A DNA stretch of 63,836 bases, filler included, from Sluysia triapertura (Eukaryota), in assembly GCA_046118255.1 (NCBI GenBank). It is 5 parts of 5 records of this genome, joined end to end, with 100 filler letters (N's around TTAATTAATTAA, not from the genome) between each part and the next. Parts side by side here need not be neighbours in the genome. Positions count along the whole stretch, not along the records: positions 11,120 to 24,897 come from JBJNIA010020514.1; positions 24,998 to 38,102 come from JBJNIA010059430.1; 3 more parts are not named here. The stretch is one strand, 5' to 3'. How positions within the stretch are numbered: the first letter of the stretch is position 1; the number at the start of each line of letters is the position of its first letter. A program made the translations under genes and the position numbers. Shown here one piece after another: positions 13,768 to 25,700 of the stretch. The notes beneath the pieces were generated by a model. That model was not told the DNA's origin. It ran no database searches and was given only the letters and a program-made list of their open reading frames with translations.

Positions 13768-13970
13768 ACATTCAAAGTACGAATAGGATATTACATAATC
13801 AGTGAAACAGTGGGAGTTGACGTGCACAAGTTAACTGGAATTCATGTTGCTGCAAAAATTGTGAATCTGGATAAGATTAAAGTACTTGATGTCTCTAGTA
13901 AAGTAAGGCGTGAAATACAAAATTTGTTTTTTGACATCTTCATATTATTAAATTAAAACAAATTATTGGC
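13768..13970 (+). pseudogene. PRKAA: AMP-activated protein kinase alpha (SNF1/PRKAA) N-lobe fragment
   Basis: KVRIGYYIISETVGV..DVHKLTGIHVAAKIVNLDKIKVLDVSSKVRREIQNL, then after a frameshift F*HLHIIKLKQII, versus canonical [71 protein letters not shown]. The Gly-rich loop is deleted. Confidence 0.85.
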
Positions 13971-14870
13971 TTTGAAGAAACGGTGCCATATTGCATCTCA
14001 TGAATACCTAATCAAATCTAGAAAAATTCAAAAAAACGTCACAGTTCACCAATAACAAAAATCTTACTTTAGTTAACCAATTCTAATCACATCGGTCCTC
14101 TAACATATCTGGTGGCTCACTCTTTTTACATTCGTTTTTTAATTACTGGCTACAGCTAATTGGATAAATTAATAATTGATTATTATTAGAGGCAAAATTT
14201 AGTTCATTACGAAAGATTTCTTATGATCATAAAATTACTAAGACTGAATTATTTTCTACTAGTGGCCCAATGTCCAGGTACACGGATTGAATAACCATAA
14301 GCTTCGTTATTTAACATTCAGTAACGATGCCGCATAATAAATAAACATTTTTATATTTTTATTAATCTTAGCTATTTTTGTTATGGTGAGATTTATTCTT
14401 CAAATATTAGCTCTGTTTATCTGATTCTCATCAATCCAGATGTTAAAATTACTGTAAAGTTAATCTGAATAAAATAATTATAAACAATGAAAACTGTAGT
14501 AGAAAGAATGGTAAAGGCATTATTAAATGATTTATGATCAAATATGATACCAGATGAAACAACAAATATAAATAGTTCTATCAATAATGCTTATTTAGTA
14601 AGACTTAACTTGAAAACACAATTAAACATCAATAAAGTTTCATAACTCCGGCAGTTATACTTAACATTAAAGTAAGTCATCTTGACAATATCATAAATAT
14701 AAAGTACTTCAACAAATCATGCTATCTTACTCAAAAGGCCATCCTTGTAATAAGCATACAAAAATCATTTTTGCATTGTCTTATTTTTATTATTATTCAT
14801 TAAATATATTTAATTTAATTATTAAAATTGTTTCTGCTAAAATTTAATTAATTTTTTATATGTTCTGTGA

Positions 14871-14928
<58 letters not shown>

Positions 14929-14950
14929 ATTATTATTATTATTATTATTT
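14871..14950. repeat. (ATT)n microsatellite
   Basis: Near-perfect ATT run. Confidence 0.95.
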
Positions 14951-16050
14951 AATTATTATATTTGTAGGTTATCCCTTTCTAAGTACATTAGCGTTAGTAA
15001 GCATGTTTCTTTATATAAGTATCCAGTCTGCAGATCAATTAGATCAATTGCCAGCAGTAGTTAGACAGATTAAGTTAAAAAATATTGTTTGGACAAAAGG
15101 ATTTAATTTCTTTTAATATGCATTAAATTTATTTAAATTTATGAAATATTTTTTGATGCAACGAATGCAAAAATTATTAAATTTTCTATATAAATTTCGG
15201 CGAAATTTAGATTTTTGAATTTTAAAGCATTGTGAAAGATTTCTTGTTTCTAATAAAATTGTTTAACTTTTGGAGAACAAAATATATAATTTATCTTTTA
15301 CTATTTCTATTATTAATAACACTTTTGAAAAGTATGATGTCTTGCTCAAATACATAATAAAAATTCATGTTTTAATTTTTCCATACTTAATTTCAAATTT
15401 ACTAAATTCAGAATTATAATTTATATAATTTACTAGTATATTTTATAATTATATTTTAATTGTAATATTTAAAATTATATCATGTTAAAATCATATTTAT
15501 TATTTTTATTAATGATATACGATAATTTTTGAAGGTTGGATTCCAAATATTAAGATTAAACTTTAGCTTAAAATGAAGATCCTGTGCTATCAGAGCCACT
15601 TACATAAAATTCATTCACAAACATATTCTATACTTCATCAACCCATCACATTCAATTCACATCTTAAAATCTATGATAAAATCATTAATATACAAATAGT
15701 AACACCAACATTGCCTCCTTCATTTTGTTTTATTTTATATTCTTGTCAACATCAAAATTTATTTTATCCCTTATCCAACATATGAAAAGATAATTTCATT
15801 CTCAAGCCTTATTGTAAACCAGTATACGTCACACGCCACCAAAATTAATCAAATGTAATGAAACAATCAATAATCATTACAAGAATTATAATTACTATGA
15901 TAGCGATCATAACATAACAATATCAATTACTAATTGGTATTTTATTACCATAATTTAAAATGTGAATCATACAAGCTTTGTTTTGACATTTATCAACGGA
16001 AGCAGCTTCGATAGTGAAGAATTATCCCTTCATCTCACAATGATGATTGA

Positions 16051-16590
16051 AAACTGCCTGCTGATCCTGGTCCTGGTACAGAAGAAATCCAGGAGTGGTT
16101 TAATTAAGTACCAGGTTTTTTTTAGGTAAGAGAAACTTAAAAGTGATCGCTCGGTTGTGTGGAAAAACAAAATGTCAAAACTTTATTGAAAGAGAACACA
16201 AATGTCGTGGTAGTTCATATAAAATACAACCTAATATTCCGGGAAAATATTGGTAATATTATAATGATAAAAAATGTAATATTAAATAAAGCTACCTGTT
16301 TGCATGAATCAGATTTTTATACTAATTTAACAGAACGTAATAAAAATTGTATTTTAGAATCAGAAGTAATCATATTTAATATCAATGTCGGATAAGTCTG
16401 TATGCTAAATCAAAATGTAATATGTTTCGAAATCATTTTTTATCCACTTTGTACAAAAAGTGGCAAGGCTCTTCGACGATATTTTTATAATTCTAATGAT
16501 CACACTTGCGAATTTTTTTATAGTGGAGTGGGTGATTTCGGAAACCGATTTAGTATTTTTATGAGTGCAAAGAATTATGTGAAAATTATG
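16051..16590 (+). pseudogene. Kunitz/BPTI multi-domain protease-inhibitor remnant
   Basis: KLPADPGPGTEEIQEWF (16051-16101) and KALRRYFYNSNDHTCEFFYSGVGDFGNRF (~16464-16550). Several Cys lost; stops and frameshifts present. Confidence 0.65.
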
Positions 16591-16924
16591 ATATTAAAGT
16601 ACACAATTATAAAAGGGAACTAAAAAGTTTAATTCACAAAGTTTCACATAAAGACAAAAATAAATGCCCTTTGTCAGTTGAAAATATTTGTACAAATGAT
16701 GAAGCTTATATTTGGATATATAATAATGATTGTATTATTTTATTAATTTATTGCTTCAAAATTAAAAAATTTTTAAAAATTAAATAGACGAGGGTTTCAC
16801 AAAGCTAGCACTTTACATTCAAGTTTCATAATGAATCAAACTATAAAGAGAATACTGTGGTTGTTAGTGTTGTGATAGATGATATATAGTCATATTTTAC
16901 GAATAATTTTTGAGATAAATTAAC

Positions 16925-17377
16925 GATTTGAACATGTAATTTAAAAGTTTTAGTTGTCTTTGCGGGCTTTTAAATATTGTTATAAGGTTTCATATTTACA
17001 TTTTTTATAGTATTAATGTATTTAAGTAAAGGACTTATTGGAGAACTGGATACTTTAAAGTTTAGTTTGAGTTCATGAGTAATAAATATAGTTGCGGGCA
17101 AAATTGAAGTCAAAACATTAGATTTTACTATAGATCTCTTTAAGTATTCGAACTCATTAAATTTTAAGATTTTATAAACTTTATGAAGTAATTTTAATGA
17201 TACAATAAAATTCAATTTGATCTCTATTACAATATCTCTAAGCAATTTTGATAATTTTACCTTAAGAAAACAATTTATCAATATATAAAAACTATCATTA
17301 AATTTTATTATATAACTAAAAACAAAAGTTGTAAATATATGTTTCAGAAATATATCGATGATAACTCTCATGTCCAT
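16925..17377 (-). pseudogene. KDM1B-like second half of SWIRM and remnant of the amine-oxidase start
   Basis: KVYKILKFNEFEYLKRSIVKSNVL resembles EVERILYFMTRKGLINTGVL. After the stop, KPARQLKLLNY resembles LAAARQLHNFG, but the preceding GxGxxG is absent. Confidence 0.5.
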
Positions 17378-17572
17378 AATTTTGTTCCTACACTATTCTA
17401 TTCGTTGCATTTCTGGAATCCGGCATAATGGTTTGTTGTCTGAAATAAAGTCATGTAAAATCATAAAGTTAAAATTAAGAAAAACAAACTAAATCGACAA
17501 ATTTAGTCACTAGATTTTTAACTTTACTGGATAACTTTAAGTCGTCAGGATCGCTTAAGATATCAGCATTCA

Positions 17573-18685
17573 TCAGGAATAAAAGATGATGAAGTATCTT
17601 GAATTGATAAACATCGTTTGTTGGTTGTTTACAATTTGTTTTAACCGATTCATAAGACGTAAGTACACATGTAATACTAACTGCGTATTTTTGTCAATTA
17701 GAATAGTCTTTCTCATAAACGTTGCAACTAAATTGTTGTATTCCTTTCTATGAAAGAAAATCATGCATGTTCTGTCGACAGTAACATATCTCTCTAAAGC
17801 ATCTATGTTCAATTTTGACTTCTCACTTGTTTTTAAGCTGTTATCGGGGTTCGAAATTAAAATCTTAGAATCTGATACGCATAAAAATGACATATGATTT
17901 AGAATAACAAAATATAAATATTTCTGATTAACTTTAAATTGTGGATATATACTTCTTTCATATCTATTCATAACCACAGGATAGTTAGTTCCTGCAACAT
18001 AGTTAACATTTGGCATCTTTTTGAAAGGATGGAAATTTCGAATAAATTCTTTACCGGCTACAGGTAAAGAAAAATGCACTACAGTTGTGGTTGGATTTAT
18101 TACAACGATATTTAAAGCTGAATTACTGAAACATTCTAAATTACTTGAAGATTCTAACGGCAATTCGTAAACCAAAGAATACAAAATTTCTTCTAAATTA
18201 GATTTTATATACTTAATTCTCTTATCTTCAACCACTTTACAAGGATCTTTGGTATATTTCATTATAAAACTACATGAGAAGTTATCTAATTTTGTAGGCA
18301 TTAATTTTACGGACAGACTAAATTTTCTCCATTTTTTACACTGAAAACATCGACACCAAATAAACAACAATTTATTAGAAATGAATTCATTAACCGAACT
18401 GTTATGATGTGACTTGACAATCCATTCCTTTTGCAAATTCATTATTTCTTGATACTGTATATCATACTTAAAGGATGTTGATATTTTATTCATACGAATA
18501 TTACAAATATGTTTAACATTTAAAATATGATACCATTTCGGATTTGAATCAGAACATTCTTTGATAGTATGTAAGAAACACATTGGAAAGTTTGGACAAC
18601 ATTTGTTTTCACTACATTGATGAACTAATTTCTTTTTCATGAGTTCTACACCTTTAAAATTGAAATTTCTAAGTAAATTATCCAT
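17573..18685 (-). CDS. KDM1B: Lysine-specific demethylase 1B (LSD2)-like N-terminal part: zinc finger, zf-CW and start of SWIRM; no catalytic domain
   Basis: 370-aa ORF. CCPNFPMCF...KWYHILNVKHICN (LSD2 zinc finger), WCRCFQCKKWRK...FSC...DPCKVVEDKR (zf-CW), FHPF...VMNRYERSIYPQF...LYFVILNHM (SWIRM start). May be a pseudogene. Confidence 0.75.
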   Translation of the reverse strand: MDNLLRNFNFKGVELMKKKLVHQCSENKCCPNFPMCFLHTIKECSDSNPKWYHILNVKHICNIRMNKISTSFKYDIQYQEIMNLQKEWIVKSHHNSSVNEFISNKLLFIWCRCFQCKKWRKFSLSVKLMPTKLDNFSCSFIMKYTKDPCKVVEDKRIKYIKSNLEEILYSLVYELPLESSSNLECFSNSALNIVVINPTTTVVHFSLPVAGKEFIRNFHPFKKMPNVNYVAGTNYPVVMNRYERSIYPQFKVNQKYLYFVILNHMSFLCVSDSKILISNPDNSLKTSEKSKLNIDALERYVTVDRTCMIFFHRKEYNNLVATFMRKTILIDKNTQLVLHVYLRLMNRLKQIVNNQQTMFINSRYFIIFYS

Positions 18686-19470
18686 GATATCATTAACTAA
18701 AAAATTTTAAGTGTATAGACCAAAATTTTTAATTGTGAATTGTATATTGATTTAATTTTCTCATTCTATTTTTGATTGCCCAATCAGAGTATTAAGAAAT
18801 AAGTTTGCAAAGAATATTGAGGTCATTATAACAATTATGCAAATTGTGGTGTGTTTGTAACAAATAACTCTCATTGTGTAATGGAATTTTATGTTTAACA
18901 TGACATTGTTAATATTTTTTTAAAAATATTGCAATACAATTTGTAATCTATAACTTATGATAGGTAATCTGTAATATTCTAGCTTTAGTTTTATGCTCTA
19001 AATGGTGATTTATAGATTTCTGGTTTATAATTTTGACTTATTATTTACGATTTATGATTCATGATTTATGTGGGGTGACCAACATTAATTTCAAAATCTT
19101 ATGATCATTTATATTTATTTTATAGTTGATTTTGAATTTTCTTTTATGGTGTCACTTATAAATTACATTTGGTGCATTTGTTTTGTTAAATATGTGATAT
19201 AAAATTTCATAAATTATTAAAATTGCAAATATTTATTATTATGTTATTAACTAGATAATTTAAGATAATTTTGGTGTATTTTAAATTGTTTCACAATTAT
19301 GTTACCTAATAAACTCATCATAATGTTAATGCTTGTTATTTTGATTTATATGATAAATTTGACGTCTGTTAATTTGTATCAAATATTTTACTAAAATAAT
19401 ATGTTTTAACAAAAATTAACATTGAATCGGTTTTTGTGTTAAATATTAATATATTGTTATTTATACATAA

Positions 19471-19472
<2 letters not shown>

Positions 19473-19528
<56 letters not shown>
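19473..19528. repeat. (ATT)n microsatellite
   Basis: Perfect ATT run. Confidence 0.9.
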
Positions 19529-19531
<3 letters not shown>

Positions 19532-19681
19532 ATTAATATTCGTTATTAATGTATTAATGTTTATTGTGCTCATATAAGTACTCAAAAGCGTTAAATAATT
19601 TTATTTAAAACACAAAAGAATTTTTTTAAATATCATAAGGATAAATTGCAAATTTTAGTTTTTTATTATTATTATTGTTAT

Positions 19682-19835
19682 TATTGGGGTAAAAAGGCCA
19701 AAAGTGCCATTTGGTAAAATTGACTATAATAAAGTAGAATCGTTAGACGGGGCTGATAGCTCAGTGGTAGAGCATCGACTGCGCAGACAGGTCCCGGGTT
19801 CGATCTCCGGTCAGTCCATTTAACGAAGTCTAACA
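19682..19835 (+). repeat. tRNA-derived repeat, copy B (best preserved); pseudo-tRNA core 19750-19818, Cys/Ala-like
   Basis: Acceptor stem GGGCTGA/TCAGTCC, D arm GCTC-AGTGGTA-GAGC (A box), T arm CCGGG-TTCGATC-TCCGG (B box). The anticodon arm does not fold. Flanked by GTTAGAC...GTCTAAC and followed by an N gap. Confidence 0.85.
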
Positions 19836-20878
19836 NNNNNNNNNNNNNNNNNNNNNNNNNNNNNNNNNNNNNNNNNNNNNNNNNNNNNNNNNNNNNNNNN
19901 NNNNNNNNNNNNNNNNNNNNNNNNNNNNNNNNNNNNNNNNNNNNNNNNNNNNNNNNNNNNNNNNNNNNNATGCTCAAAGGCATTTAAAAATCATTCATTA
20001 TGGTATTTCTGAAACAAAAGGAATAATATTTTATAAACTTATAATATAATAACATTTTATTATTATTAGTAATAGTAATAATATTATTATTCTTAATTAT
20101 TCTTAATCATTCACTATTATATTTCTGAAACAGAGATATTTCATGATATTCCAGTAATTTGACACTATATCTCATATTTATTAAAATGAATATAACGAAT
20201 ACTATTAAAATATTAAAAACAATAAAAATTCTTTTAAAAAAACTAATTTTATTTTAAATTTTTATTTTTGTAATGAATGTCATTTAAAATGTGGTAAAAG
20301 ATCGAAATTAGATTTGGAAATATTAGTTGATCTAATATTGTTCATGTGTGAATTTTTGTTGTGTTACTAAAATAGTATGAAACTTTAAAAATAATTTTAT
20401 TAATCCTATTTTATTTCCATTGAATCCTCTACAGGTCCTATTTAATTCTAGCGAAAGCACAAAATGGAGTACTCAAAAAAATATACTCAAATCGAATTAA
20501 AATTATTTATTAATTAATTTAATTACGTTTATGCTATATTCAACGTGCAAATTGAAATGTTGGGGCTGCCCGACAGTGGACCGCGGAGTGTCATTGAAAA
20601 TTTTCGTTTAAAAACATTTATTTTAATTATTAATTGTTTTTTGGATATAATATACAAGAATTTCTTGATTAATTTTGTTATTTAAAATGAAATTGAATTA
20701 GAAATAGGTTCATAATTTTAAATCCATTCAGATATTAATTTGTAGCTGATAATTCGGCAAAACATAATTTCCTGTGACGGGAAATTAAGCTGCTTTGGAT
20801 TTATTTGTACATAAGTATACATATATATATGCAGCATACTATTACATTTTATAAATATGTATTTTTATAAAATTAACG

Positions 20879-21606
20879 ATGATGCCAAATGAGTCTTATA
20901 ATTCTTTACTTTCATCAATGATTTTCAGAAATAATGTTCACGAATCAAGTCCAGATACGGATAATATTAGTATCGTTTCTGATTATTCAGAAATGGGTTA
21001 TCAAATTAAAAGATCTATTAGATTTAATTATGTCACTATGAGTACATTTGCGGATTTAAAAAATTCAAATAAATCAGTCATGAAGTTAACTATCGAAGAT
21101 CCAGGAAATAATGAGGAAAATGATATTCGAAAATATAATATGTTAAGTTTAGCAATGAAATTTGCACGTTGGAAAGAAAATCAAGGAAATGTAGATTCAA
21201 CTCTTGGTGATTCTATTTCAGAAGAACAGTCCAATGCCGTAGTTAGTGGTAGTGACTCAATTTGGTCTGTTGAAGATGACGTACCAGATAAGTCCAATAT
21301 GTTTCTAGAAATGGGTTAATATTATAAAATAGTAAATTAACAATTTTAGATAACCAAAATAAATTAGACGATATAAATACGTTTTTCTCGGAATCTCCAG
21401 GTGATAGTCCATTACAAATGCATGCGGATTTGAAATTTGAAAAGAACTTTGGAAATGATTTAGAACAAGAACGGGACAATGAAGATATTTGTGAGGTTGG
21501 TACTAAAAAACTTTCTGCTCCGATCTGGGCTCGAATATTAAGACAGAAACAAATTATGGATAAGATGCCTATTGCTGTTCAAAAGAAGGTTAATAATTTA
21601 ATTTGA
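20879..21606 (+). CDS. Hypothetical acidic protein, spliced (intron 21315-21349)
   Basis: Removing a 35-nt GT..AG intron joins ORF 20879-21319 in frame with ORF 21418-21606 (..LEM/D-NQNKLDDINTFFSESPGDSPLQMHADL..). No family recognised. Confidence 0.6.
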
Positions 21607-24600
21607 GTCTTTGACGCAATATTTAATAATAAGATAATCATATAACATTGAAATAAGAAAGAATAACTTTGGAATTATTTGGCTATACATTAAAATTGTT
21701 GATATGTTTTATGAGTTTTAATTCTTTGAAATTTACTAAATTCGTTTGGATTTGAAGGTTATAAATTATTAGTGATTAGTTAAATAATCCGGAATCATTC
21801 ACAGTAGAAATATAATTTATGTTTTAATGTTAAGTAGATCTCATTTAATCTGTTTAGTTAATCATCTATTAGGTGGTTTAATTTATTCAACGTTTTGCAT
21901 TCTTAATTTTGTATTCTTAATTTAATATTAATATTTATTATTTACTTTTAATGTTCGTCTTTTTATTCACAAGGTCTCCAGTATAAATGAATCTACAGAA
22001 GAATCTGACTAAATAAATATTTACACTAGAATTTATGGCACATTTATAAAATAATATTTAACCACTATTATTTATATTATTATCAATCATGAAAATAATA
22101 CGATTCATAATTCGTTGCGGTACTGTTATTAATAAATTATCATTTGCATAATATTTTTAAATTTAATATTTTAAAAATAATATTACAATTATTCTTGTGT
22201 TATTAATGATGTTAAAGATAACTTCGCCAGAAAAACTAAATCGTACATTATGGAGTTAGGTACCACATTAGCCTCTTTTGAAGTTTTTGATCTGTTTTGA
22301 TCTTTTTTTGTTATTTGGTTGTGAAAAATGGAATCTTTGTTTGTGAATAGGATCTTTTGATTTTCCAATTGGTGACCAACGCATTGAGTTTAGTTTGATT
22401 GTTTTTGTGTTACTTCGATTCGACTGTTTATTTCTGAATATAGTTGTTGATTTGTCATGGTCGAACTTCACTTATTGGTTTTTGTAACAGTTTTATTTTG
22501 TTGGCTCCAAGGCACATTTATTTTTGAACCCGTTCCTACATGCCTGCGCATAAGTTTTGACAGGGGTGGACAAATACTTGTTTTATATCAAGGTAAATTA
22601 TGATTTTGTTTTATTTTAGCGTTTAATCTCGAGCCCGATATTTTTTGACATAAATCATATGTAACACTCTCGCGTATAAAGAGTAAGGATCCTTGGGTGG
22701 CAAATCCATGGCCTACTATTTCATTCGTTTTATATGAAGGGGTGCTCCATGTGCATATTTTATCGTCTTTGTAAAATTGATTAAATTTTTCTCGTGACAG
22801 TTTTTGAAAGAACGATTTGATATTTTGATTGTTTTGAATTTGTCGGTTTGTTTGTTATTGGAATTTTCTGGAGTACTCCTTTTTATAATACTATTTTTTT
22901 TGTTGTTTTGTCTGCCTGGAAATAAGAGATTATTATGTACTTTTGATGAAGTGCTTTGATTTTTGTAAAGATCTTTGAAGTGACGGAGATCATCGAATGA
23001 TTAATTGGTGTTATTGAATTTTTTTGTAAAATAGTATTGATTTTATGAATACCACCTCATCTGTTTTGAAAATTTATTTTTGCTTCCGTTAGTATGGGAT
23101 CACTTTTTTCTCTGATATTTTTAGTGATGTAATATCTTCATGCAGCGTTGGTGGGAAGTTGTATATGTTATTCAAATGATATGGAGGGATAGAATGTTTG
23201 GTTTTTTGTGTTACTGTTGACGTTTATCTTACTCTTTAAGTTTTGCGTGGGTGCTTTATATTTAGTGTTTTCGCTTTTTTGTTTTTTACCCGTTGTTAAT
23301 AACTATGTTTAGTGTTTAATCATTATCTGCACTGTTGATTTTACATTATTAGTTTTATGAGAATTATTTAACTTAAAGTCAGAATTGTAAATGTTAATGC
23401 TGAATTTTATTGATATTGGAGTATCATTAGGCTGAACAAAAGTGTTATTTTAAGTGAAAAATATTTCATTTAGCGTTGGAGTTTGTTTACATATATTTCA
23501 GTGGAAAGTGAGTCAAATGCTTGATGAGATGTTGAGAAACAATTGATTTTGCAGTATGTGATCTTTTGTATGATTTCGCTATTTTTGATGATTAGTTTTA
23601 TGTTTTTATGTTTATAATGCTTTTATGAAGGACGAATTCATCAAAAAGAATGATATTTGAATGTCTTTTTTTGTATACAATCTTAGTATTTTGTTACATT
23701 ATTATGGTTTTAATAATTTATGTCATTATTATAATTAATGATAAAATTGTTAGGATAAAAATAGTGTAAAAGTATAAAATAGTGATCTTAGTGTAACGAG
23801 TAGATCACTTTCTCTTTGTTTTTGAATGTTGGAACGCTTTAAATTGATTTAAAATACTCCTGACACCATCTTTTTGAGAAAGGATCTATAGGATCTATAG
23901 ACCAGGAATAGTATATTCGACTGAAAAAATTATAAAATATCAATTCTAAATTGGAAGCGAGAATCTTATACAGTATGATTTTAATTAGATAATGACATAA
24001 ATTCGAGCTACAAGTTAACACATTGTCAGAATGGAGACTTGGTGTTAGGTCATCTTTATTAGTGGAAGCATAGACTAGTTCTTACTAAATTTACAATCTA
24101 CATTGTGTTTAAATTGTTCTAGTAGTTTGCAACACAATAATAAGAATAAAGATTATTACTATTGCATCAATAAGATAAAATTTTCAATTTACAATAGAAT
24201 ATGCATAGAGTAAAAAAACATACTAAAATAATTAACCGAAATTTAATAATAAAAAATAATAATAATATTGAGTCTAAAGTAAGCATACATAAACTTACCA
24301 TCATATAAATATGATTTAATAGCAGATTTAATTGAATCAAGTTAAAGTATATATATTAAAACACTCACTATGATTCAATTTCTTAAGAATATAATGATAA
24401 ATTTCAATTTCTCGTTAAATAGAACAATTACGTTCATTGGCACATAAACAACTAATGTAATACTTGAAACAACTGATAAACAATGAACTTATCATTTAAC
24501 AGTGATCTATTTAATTTCGACTGTTATTGGATCAACTAATTTACCTAACAAAATCAGGTCATTACCATTTTCACAATCTAATTTGACAATTTCATTAAAC

Positions 24601-24897
24601 TTCTACTGATAGAATTCAACTGCTTTATCGTAGAACAATTTATTACATTCCGTTGCTTTAATAAAAGACTATTTACAATTTTTACTAAAAAATCAAAATA
24701 GGTAGAGTCTATTTTTGTGCATACCGAGTAAATCACTCATCAAAGTACTTAATTTATATCAGTAAGTGTCGACAAAATCGTTAACTATGATTTTCACATA
24801 AAATAACAAATTTTTAAGCATATGTAAAAAATAAATATCTAATAGCTTGTCAAAGTGTAATAAATTTCTTTCTTAAATGTTCGTTTCCTCACTGTTT

Positions 24898-24997
24898 NNN
24901 NNNNNNNNNNNNNNNNNNNNNNNNNNNNNNNNNNNNNNNNNTTAATTAATTAANNNNNNNNNNNNNNNNNNNNNNNNNNNNNNNNNNNNNNNNNNNN
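24898..24997. other. Artificial scaffold-joining spacer
   Basis: N44-TTAATTAATTAA-N44. Confidence 0.97.
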
Positions 24998-25117
24998 GAA
25001 TTGGGTAATGATTGTAGTTGTGAGTATTGTTGTTTTATGTGATGAATTTTACTTATTTTAAGTTAAGGGGTTGGTCACTACACACATAATAGATTTTTGA
25101 GTGATTCCAAATAAATT

Positions 25118-25700
25118 TCAACTTAATGTTAAACATAATAAATTCTTAAGTCCGTAAGATATTACATAGCATATTGACATTTTCAAGCAATTCTTACATC
25201 GACGACTGAAAGTTATTTCGTTTCTCTTCATTGATTTTTTAATTTTATCATGGCAATTTTTAATTAATATTAATTTTTTTACATTCAGAATAATTTCGAC
25301 TTTGTCCATCAAAGCATTGTCAGAATTCTTTTCTTGGTTCATCTGAGCAAATGGAATAGTATACAAATTTAACGAAATACAATTTTTATTAAATATTAAA
25401 TATTGTAGTGACATTTTTTCACAGTTTGTCAGAGAACTGAATAAACGAAAAATTTCCCCTAATTAATTTTCCAATATTCAGGTTTTTATTCAATTTTCAA
25501 TAACAATTTCATATTGTCAATAACTTTTTTCAATTTCTTTTGAATTACGACATACAATGTTTAATAATGTATCACATGACCATCGACATAGTGGAACAAC
25601 TTTGAAATTAACTAATGATTGCTTTTCAATTCATATGACGGATAAATTGTGACACGCTAAACACATAAAGTGATCAACACAATTTTCTTCGTTAAATAGT
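25118..25700 (-). pseudogene. Possible RBR (RING-IBR-RING) E3 ligase remnant
   Basis: Successive Cys clusters in different frames, CVDHFMCLAC...LCRWSC, then CEKCHY, then RRCKNC, in RING1-IBR-RING2-like order. Many stops. Confidence 0.35.

Noticed and set aside
19750-19818. Functional tRNA gene
   Set aside because: The anticodon arm cannot form a canonical stem-loop and varies among the dispersed copies. Treated as a tRNA-derived repeat.
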